Positions 33,357 through 39,629 of a DNA stretch of 64,000 bases are shown here, piece by piece. The position numbers and the translations under genes are program-made. Origin of the DNA: Patescibacteria group bacterium (GTDB taxonomy: Bacteria > Patescibacteriota > Microgenomatia > UBA8517); NCBI GenBank assembly GCA_022868165.1, contig JALHYA010000004.1, positions 16,457-80,456 of the forward strand, given 5' to 3'. The notes under the pieces were generated by a model. The model ran no database searches. It saw only the letters and a program-made list of their open reading frames with translations, and had not been told where the DNA came from. Each line of letters opens with the position of its first letter. Positions within the stretch are counted from its first letter, which is position 1.

Positions 33357-33923
33357 ATGGTAGACATCGACAGACTCAGGACATTGCCTGGAGAGGAATT
33401 GGTAAGGCTCGCTTTAAAAGGTGAGGTTATTCTAGCCAGCGAAGAAGGCATTGGAATTCTTGATGGCCAAATCGACCGAACAAAAAATGAAGCAGCTTCG
33501 CTTAAGCTAAGGCTAGGAGAAGTCGCTCGCCAGGACCCAGATTTGCCGGAAAATATAGAATTTAAGGAAATCAAAACCAAGTTACAGTTTGAGATCCCCA
33601 GAAAATTAGACGACTTGGGAAGGAAAAAAGCAAAAACAATAGTCTTTCAAGAAAACCAGGATGGAGCTATCCGTTTTGGAACTCTATTTGAAGCTCGGAT
33701 AGAGTATCCCACTGAGACTACCTCTGGGGTATTTGTTTTTTTGGGACCCATAGAAGCAGCCGCCGGAAAAATTGAGGCCAAACCTGAGGCCCAAGTTATT
33801 TCTTACCTGTCTGTAGTCGGAAAGGCTTTATGGGGTTATGATCCAAATAGTGGTAAACCGGTTCAGTTTGAGACGCCAGCTGGCAAGGCTACTTGTATTG
33901 TTAAAAAAGTTTTCAAGCCGTAA
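33357..33923 (+). CDS. GreA/GreB-family transcription elongation factor homolog
   Basis: 188 aa. The coiled-coil tip ARQDPDLPENIEFKEIK parallels GreA (GDLSENAEYHAAK). The C-terminus VISYLSVVGKALWGYDPNSGKPVQFETPAGKATCIVKKV parallels the GreA C-terminal domain. Confidence 0.65.
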   Translation: MVDIDRLRTLPGEELVRLALKGEVILASEEGIGILDGQIDRTKNEAASLKLRLGEVARQDPDLPENIEFKEIKTKLQFEIPRKLDDLGRKKAKTIVFQENQDGAIRFGTLFEARIEYPTETTSGVFVFLGPIEAAAGKIEAKPEAQVISYLSVVGKALWGYDPNSGKPVQFETPAGKATCIVKKVFKP

Positions 33924-34585
33924 TGATCGAGTCCAAAGAAAGTTCATATCTTTTGTATGGTCCTCCCGCAAGTGGTAAAACTGCACTTGCCCTCGAATTA
34001 AGCAGGAGGATTGCCAAGGAGTACATTTCAGTTGGCGAGCTTACTCGTAGGGAAATCGAATTAGGAACACCTAGGGGTAAAAGACTTCAGAGGTGTTTAG
34101 ACGAAGTTACCGAATATCCAATAGAGTTAATTACAGGATTGGTAGAGGAGAGCATTGTTGCTTGTATGTCGGCGGGCGAGAATTTCATTTTAGATGGTTT
34201 TCCTAAATATGCCCAAGAGGCTCGAGCGTTCGTAAAACTATTAGAAAAACACAGGATTCTCCTAGATGCAGCAATTGTAATTGACCTACCCGTTGAAGGA
34301 GCTTTTGTGCGAGTTCTTAACAGAAGAATTTGTGTTTCCTGTCTAGCGCAAACAGAAGATGGCGGACAAATATGTCCGCAATGTGGAGATGCCCTTACTA
34401 TAAGAGACGACGATATCCCACCCATATTTAAAAGAAGGTATAATGACTATAAGGACTCAATAGACGAAACACTTAGAATTATCGGACCATTTTGTAAGAG
34501 GATAATCCACATACAGGGCTCACAAAGCAAAGAAGATTTATTTAATTTGCTGTATATAAAATTATCCCTTTCCATGCCCGAGTAG
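33923..34585 (+). CDS. adenylate-kinase-like nucleotide kinase with zinc-lid
   Basis: 220 aa with P-loop YGPPASGKT, ILDGFPKYAQEA (compare LDGFPRT), and lid CVSC...CPQCGDALTIRDDD. Confidence 0.7.
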   Translation: MIESKESSYLLYGPPASGKTALALELSRRIAKEYISVGELTRREIELGTPRGKRLQRCLDEVTEYPIELITGLVEESIVACMSAGENFILDGFPKYAQEARAFVKLLEKHRILLDAAIVIDLPVEGAFVRVLNRRICVSCLAQTEDGGQICPQCGDALTIRDDDIPPIFKRRYNDYKDSIDETLRIIGPFCKRIIHIQGSQSKEDLFNLLYIKLSLSMPE

Positions 34586-34651
34586 CTCAGCAGAGAGAGC
34601 GGTTGCGTTGTAAGCAACAGGTCGATGGTTCAAGTCCATCCTCGGGCTCCA
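34576..34651 (+). tRNA. tRNA-Thr (anticodon UGU), CCA encoded, atypical D-loop
   Basis: I folded the cloverleaf by hand. The acceptor GCCCGAG/CUCGGGC has 7 of 7 Watson-Crick pairs. The D stem is GCUC/GAGC, the anticodon stem GUUGC/GCAAC, and the loop G-U-UGU-A-A. The T arm is GAUGG-UUCAAGU-CCAUC, followed by U-CCA. The D-loop AGCAGAGA lacks the usual GG, and position 32 is G. Confidence 0.8.
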
Positions 34652-34658
34652 ACAGTTT

Positions 34659-35576
34659 ATGAAAAATAAGGCCATTTTTACTTGGAAAGAGATCGTAGAA
34701 CTTTTAACTGGAAATGGTCACGCGGTTTCTTGTGCAGACATGAGTTCTCTGATTACATACTCCAGACAGCGTGGAATAGGCACGGCTATTTCTTATCAAA
34801 AAACCTCGTACTCAGAAGAAGGCTTGAAAAATCTTAAACGACTTGTTCGGTGGTGGATTTATCTAGACGATTTCACTATCCCCGAGTGGAGAAACGCTAT
34901 TATTACAAAAAAGATTCAAAAAATAGTTGTCGGCTCGTTAAAAAATAACTTACCTCTGACTTTGTACGCAGTATTCTGTCCTTCCTACAAAAAAGGGGTT
35001 GGAGTATCTGGATATACTGGGAAATTAGGAATGCATACCAAAAGGTATATTCAAAAAATGTCAGAATTCGTTCTTTCCACGGAAGATGCGGGCTTGAAAG
35101 TAAAAGGGACAGCCTTTTTTAGCGACCTTCTTTTAGAAAATTACAAAAGACTTGTCGGAACGAACTATAAAAAGGATCTCGCGTCCAACTTTCGAGAATT
35201 CAAAAAAGATATTAAAAAAAACAGTAAAGGAAAAATAAAAAGTGCTCTTTTGTCATCTATCATGGCCCTTAAGCGTGATGTCGGGGAGAAAGGGATAAAG
35301 ACTGGCCCTTTGGGGATATCAGGTGAGCTTTTTAATACGGTCTTTAAGAGGAATAGAGTTTTTTATACAAACCAGCTTGGCTGGTCGGAGCCCATGGTAA
35401 AAGAAAGAACGGAGGTCTTGGCCAGAAGTTACGCAAAACTTGGGGAATACTTTAGGAAGAAATATCCCGAGGGAATTATGTTTTGGGTAGAGAGTGCTTA
35501 CGAGAGGGGTGCCATGTATAGCGGAAACAATCAGCAGGACCCTATTCCAATAATTTATCCCAAAAAAGATGAATGA
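34659..35576 (+). CDS. hypothetical protein (island orphan)
   Basis: 305 aa and Lys-rich. I recognised no family motif. It overlaps the downstream gene by 8 nt. Confidence 0.7.
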   Translation: MKNKAIFTWKEIVELLTGNGHAVSCADMSSLITYSRQRGIGTAISYQKTSYSEEGLKNLKRLVRWWIYLDDFTIPEWRNAIITKKIQKIVVGSLKNNLPLTLYAVFCPSYKKGVGVSGYTGKLGMHTKRYIQKMSEFVLSTEDAGLKVKGTAFFSDLLLENYKRLVGTNYKKDLASNFREFKKDIKKNSKGKIKSALLSSIMALKRDVGEKGIKTGPLGISGELFNTVFKRNRVFYTNQLGWSEPMVKERTEVLARSYAKLGEYFRKKYPEGIMFWVESAYERGAMYSGNNQQDPIPIIYPKKDE

Positions 35577-36546
35577 CAATTCCAAAATAGAGGGGCTTCT
35601 AAGCAACTTGGAACTTGAGTGGTTTAGGCTGGGCCGAGATTTCCACCTCGATTTTGAATTTCTTACAAATCTTTACAGCAAGGAGAAAAAACATATTTTC
35701 GAACATAGCCCCTATCATGTACTCTCCTATTTACGATTCAAAAACCAGCTCTACGGTATTTCAGGCAGATTTGGTTCTCTAGTTTTGGTTTCGAGAAAAG
35801 ATGACAAATTTCTATTTACCCCTCGCATTGACGACTTTAAATCATTCGAGCTTTTTATCAAAGCAATTAAAAGGAGCCTCGGGGTTACCAAAATTGAAAT
35901 TCGGAACGTCAGTGAGCAATGGTTACAATCATTCCTGGTGAATGTATCAAATGTTGCGAAAAGGGGGATGTCTGTGAAAGAGCGCTCAAGGGAGGAGGCT
36001 ATCTATGATGTCGACCTGTTGTGCGAACTCCGCGGAAAAGATTTTGCAGGGATTAGACAATCCAGAAATAAGTTGTTAAACAGTGGAAGTATTCAGTTTA
36101 AGCCCTTTACTAAAATTTCCTTAAAGGACGGTGTAGGGGTCTTAAATAAATGGCAGAAAGTCCAAGGTTGGAAGTATGTTAAAGAGAGAATAGAGAAAGA
36201 GAAATATGTACTTGCGAGATTTTTTGATTTTTCTCGGTTAACAAAGAATGTATTGTGTGGGGTTGGCTATTATAAGGAAGTGCCTTTAAGTATTCTGGTT
36301 ATGCACCTTGTTCCAAACGGGGAAAAAAGCGGAACAATCTACCTACTTAAAGGAATAAACAGGCCTTCTGACGGGGGCACCCATGGAATATCAGATGCTA
36401 CTTACTGTTACGCTTTCCTTAGAGCTAAGGAGATGGGTATAAAATACCTCAATGATGGAGAATTGGGAACAGAAGAGGGTACAAGGAGACACAAACTCAA
36501 TTTTAAGCCGATAGAATTTCTCAAATCCTACGACGTTTTGCTCTAA
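35569..36546 (+). CDS. DUF2156-type (MprF/LysX C-terminal-like) putative aminoacyl-tRNA-dependent transferase
   Basis: 325 aa. EEAIYDVDLLCELRGKDFAGIRQSRNKL and the C-terminal YLNDGELGTEEGTRRHKLNFKP match the pattern I recall for DUF2156 (…Y…L..L.G......R...N.F … N.G......GL..FK..F.P). Confidence 0.55.
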   Translation: MNDNSKIEGLLSNLELEWFRLGRDFHLDFEFLTNLYSKEKKHIFEHSPYHVLSYLRFKNQLYGISGRFGSLVLVSRKDDKFLFTPRIDDFKSFELFIKAIKRSLGVTKIEIRNVSEQWLQSFLVNVSNVAKRGMSVKERSREEAIYDVDLLCELRGKDFAGIRQSRNKLLNSGSIQFKPFTKISLKDGVGVLNKWQKVQGWKYVKERIEKEKYVLARFFDFSRLTKNVLCGVGYYKEVPLSILVMHLVPNGEKSGTIYLLKGINRPSDGGTHGISDATYCYAFLRAKEMGIKYLNDGELGTEEGTRRHKLNFKPIEFLKSYDVLL

Positions 36547-36548
36547 AT

Positions 36549-37688
36549 ATGAAACAGCTAAGAACGAATGAGTTTTATAACGAGATCGAATTTGAAAAAA
36601 TTTTCCCCCCTCAACTTTATGAAAATTTCAACTCTGAATTGCCAGCACCACTAAATGGACGGACAACAATTTTCACCTTATATGGCAGAAATGCTCTGTA
36701 CCTTGGTGCGAGAGAGATGTTAAATTTGACTAAAAGAAACATTGTGCTAGTTCCGGCCTACTCGTGTGGGGATGAAATAGCTCCATTTGTAGCTTCCGGT
36801 TGCAGAATTAAAGCTTACCGTGTACACCCTGAAACCTTGCAGGTAGATAAAAAGGATATTGAGCAGAAATTGGATCAGAATGTTTCTGCGGTTTTGATAA
36901 CACACTATTTTGGTTTTCCTCAAAAGGAAATAGAAATTATAAAAAAGATATGTGGAGAAAGGGGAGTCGTACTTATTGAAGACTGTGCCCACGCTTTTGC
37001 GGGTGGATTTAAAAACATCCCCCTAGGTGCTTTTGGGGACTTTTCCATTTTTAGTTTAAGAAAGTTTTTGCCTATTCCGCATGGGGGAGCTCTGGTCATA
37101 AATAACACGAAGATAAACAGACCAAATCCCCTCCCGCCACCGGCTACGGCAGTAAATCTTGACCTTTTTCTTTATTCGGGTTACCAGGCTGGTATTTTTA
37201 CGCGAGGAATAAACATTCAGGACACACTCGATATGGTAGGTGTCAAACAAAAAGATTTACATGGCCCACGGCTAAAAGAGTTTGGTGGTTATAATTTAGG
37301 TCTTTCCAATGTTGCAAAAGTTCTAATCGCATTTATTGCAAAGCAGAAATTGTGGACAAAGAGAAGATCAAACTTTCTTTATTATTTGGACTTTTTCGAA
37401 AAGAATTCGCATAAATCGGTGCAACCGCTGTTTGAATTCCTTGAGAAAGGGGTAGTACCTTTATTTTTTCCTGTTCTAGTAAACGACTCTGAAGAGATAT
37501 ATAAAAGATTGAGAGACAAGGGCCTTTTTGCTGGACAACCATTCTGGTCTGATTCCCATACCTATTTCAACTGGGCTGATTTTTCGCCCTTAAACGAGCT
37601 GAAGAAGAAGGTTATGGTTTTGCCAGTGAATCATAGAGTCCATTATCGAGACTTAAAGCGTTTCCTTGAAGTTTCAGACTATAGGTAG
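36549..37688 (+). CDS. DegT/DnrJ/EryC1/StrS-family PLP-dependent aminotransferase
   Basis: 379 aa with VLITHYFGFPQ, LIEDCAHAFAGG, and FSIFSLRKFLPIPHGGALV, which places the Lys at the PLP position. Confidence 0.75.
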   Translation: MKQLRTNEFYNEIEFEKIFPPQLYENFNSELPAPLNGRTTIFTLYGRNALYLGAREMLNLTKRNIVLVPAYSCGDEIAPFVASGCRIKAYRVHPETLQVDKKDIEQKLDQNVSAVLITHYFGFPQKEIEIIKKICGERGVVLIEDCAHAFAGGFKNIPLGAFGDFSIFSLRKFLPIPHGGALVINNTKINRPNPLPPPATAVNLDLFLYSGYQAGIFTRGINIQDTLDMVGVKQKDLHGPRLKEFGGYNLGLSNVAKVLIAFIAKQKLWTKRRSNFLYYLDFFEKNSHKSVQPLFEFLEKGVVPLFFPVLVNDSEEIYKRLRDKGLFAGQPFWSDSHTYFNWADFSPLNELKKKVMVLPVNHRVHYRDLKRFLEVSDYR

Positions 37689-37700
37689 TATAATTCTTTT

Positions 37701-38978
37701 ATGTGTAGAGACATGTATATACTGTTTGGGCCTCCTGGAAGTGGTAAAACTGTCCAGGCGAGATTTTTGTCCCAAAGGTTGAAACTGGACGGTATTTCAT
37801 GGGGTGACATCTACTGGGGTACAAAGTTTAACAAGAAGTACAAGGGACAAATTGCTGTAATAAAGAAGGAGGCTATCTCTGACAGAACTCGCTCGAAGGA
37901 GATAGCAAAGATAATTGACAAGGAAATTGGCAGCCTTACTTTACGAAATAAAGGCGGGAAGCGGGGGTTGGTTTTGGACGGATTTCCTAGAAGATTGGGA
38001 GAGGCTAGACTCCTTCTTAAAATATGCAAGAAAAGGGGATACAGAATAAAATCCTTGATTCGCATAAATCCATCTTTAGATTTTTCAGCGAACCGCTTCA
38101 AAAAAAGGCTTTTTTGTGAAAAATGCCGCGCTTATTACGATGAACTCAATCTACCCAAGAAGAAGGGTCGTTGTGATTTAGACGGCGGAAGGCTATCTCA
38201 TATGGATATTTCAAAGGAGAGTGTGGCGAAAGAATTTAACACCTATTTAGACGAATGTCTCGAAACATTTGAATATCTCAAAGATTATGCAGACATTTTT
38301 TTTGATGTAACTGGCGACGATGAAGATATGGTTATTTCTTCAAATATTCTTATTAAAATAAAGAATAGAATTCGAGAAAATTATAGTCTCTTTTCAAGAA
38401 AGCCCTCTACATCTATTATGACTAAGTACGGTAGTTTTAAGCTTGTACCCTATCAATCACGACTAGATTATTCCTACCACTTAGCGCTTGTAAAGGGAAA
38501 CGTTAGAGATGGAAAACGAGTACTGGTTAGGGTTCATTCCTCTTGCATAACCGGAGATATTTTTGGGTCCTATATGTGTGATTGCGGAGAACAACTAGAG
38601 GAATCCATGAAAAGAATCGAGCACGAAAAGAGGGGAGTTTTAATATATTTATTTCAGGAAGGCAGGGGCATAAACATGATTAACAAAATTCAAGCTTACA
38701 GGTTACAACGCAATGGGTATGACACAGTGGATGCTAATGAAGCCATCGGTTTTCCAGCCGAAATGAGGGACTACCGGTTAGTGAAGGAGGTTTTGGAGGA
38801 TTTGGGGGTAAAAACAATTAGATTGTTGTCCAATAGTCCCGAGAAGATCAATAAACTTACAGACCAGGGAGTTATTATAGAAGAAATGGTTGGAGTCGAA
38901 GTAGAGCCTCGAAAGTGGAACAGAGGATACTTGCTTACAAAAAAGGAGAAAATGGGTCATAAGTTGGATGTTTCATAA
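37701..38978 (+). CDS. fusion protein: adenylate-kinase-like N-domain + GTP cyclohydrolase II (RibA-like) C-domain
   Basis: The N-domain has LFGPPGSGKT, LDGFPRRLGEA and lid CEKC...CDLDGG. The C-domain has VRVHSSCITGDIFGSYMCDCGEQL, conserving the three Zn Cys of RibA, plus QEGRGINMINK...GYDTVDAN...LLSNSPEK. ATG 37713 is an alternative start. Confidence 0.75.
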   Translation: MCRDMYILFGPPGSGKTVQARFLSQRLKLDGISWGDIYWGTKFNKKYKGQIAVIKKEAISDRTRSKEIAKIIDKEIGSLTLRNKGGKRGLVLDGFPRRLGEARLLLKICKKRGYRIKSLIRINPSLDFSANRFKKRLFCEKCRAYYDELNLPKKKGRCDLDGGRLSHMDISKESVAKEFNTYLDECLETFEYLKDYADIFFDVTGDDEDMVISSNILIKIKNRIRENYSLFSRKPSTSIMTKYGSFKLVPYQSRLDYSYHLALVKGNVRDGKRVLVRVHSSCITGDIFGSYMCDCGEQLEESMKRIEHEKRGVLIYLFQEGRGINMINKIQAYRLQRNGYDTVDANEAIGFPAEMRDYRLVKEVLEDLGVKTIRLLSNSPEKINKLTDQGVIIEEMVGVEVEPRKWNRGYLLTKKEKMGHKLDVS

Positions 38979-39507
38979 TAATATGAAAGTTGTTTTAGGG
39001 TCCACAAGTGATGATAAAAAAAGAATTGTAAAGGCAGCCCTGAAATCTCTTGGTGTAAAGGCTGTGATTGAGGGGGTTACTGTCTCTTCGGGGATAAGTG
39101 AGCAGCCTTTAGATAAAAAGACCACGATTTGCGGTGCAGTGAATCGGGCGGTAGAAGCCTTGAAAATTAAAACCGATTCGGACCTCGCTGTGGGGTTAGA
39201 GGGGGGCTTGGATCGAGTAAAAGATTCAGGCTTTTTTCTTGTGTGTGCGGCTGCTATATATGACAAAAGCGGAGGAATCTATCTGGGAACGAGCAGGAAA
39301 ATAAAACTTCCCAAAGAAGTATCTGAAAAAATAGAGGAGGGGGCATTTTTCGGAACGGTAATTAGAGAATATAGAAAGAAAGTAAGAAAAAATAAGGCAT
39401 TGTTTAATCTTTCAGACCAACTTATAACAAGAAATGTCCCTTTTTCAGAGGCAATACGAAACGCCTATAAATCTTTCAAAGAAGGTACACTCTATCAAAA
39501 GTTTTAG
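38968..39507 (+). CDS. YjjX-family non-canonical purine NTP phosphatase (ITPase/XTPase)
   Basis: MKVVLGSTSDDKKRIVKAAL...VSSGISEQPL...GAVNRA...LAVGLEGGL resembles the inosine/xanthosine triphosphatase family. ATG 38983 is an alternative start. The stop ends 1 nt before repeat copy 2. Confidence 0.6.
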   Translation: MFHNNMKVVLGSTSDDKKRIVKAALKSLGVKAVIEGVTVSSGISEQPLDKKTTICGAVNRAVEALKIKTDSDLAVGLEGGLDRVKDSGFFLVCAAAIYDKSGGIYLGTSRKIKLPKEVSEKIEEGAFFGTVIREYRKKVRKNKALFNLSDQLITRNVPFSEAIRNAYKSFKEGTLYQKF

Positions 39508-39508
39508 G

Positions 39509-39627
39509 ATTTGACCGATAATTCCGCCACCCCGGCCGAAGTCTTTGAATACGCGCCCGATTTAATCTTCACCTATCCCTATAAACTTAGGGAAAGAAGG
39601 ATCTTCTGGCAAGAAGTAGCCCCATAG
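39509..39627 (+). repeat. 119-bp perfect direct repeat, copy 2 (orphan copy of the gene 3' end); putative attR
   Basis: Identical to 33147-33265. It ends 2 nt before the convergent tsaD stop codon (39630-39632). Confidence 0.95.
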
Positions 39628-39629
39628 GT

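Larger units (their letters stand above)
33266..39508 (+). mobile_element. 6,243-bp accessory island between the 119-bp direct repeats (no recombinase gene seen)
   Basis: It is bounded by the perfect direct repeat. It holds eight co-oriented, overlapping or abutting genes plus a tRNA, and has its own promoter-like TTGGAC-N18-TATAAT (33307-33336). Sampled lines look A/T-richer than the flanks, but I did not compute this. Confidence 0.6.

Noticed and set aside
34659-34950. The N-terminus of the island orphan as a possible excisionase or HTH recombination directionality factor, and the orphan as a cyclodipeptide-synthase-like enzyme (FCPSYKK resembling GISxxNSYF).
   Set aside because: The resemblances involve only a few residues judged by eye. 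There is not enough to call either function, so it is left as hypothetical.
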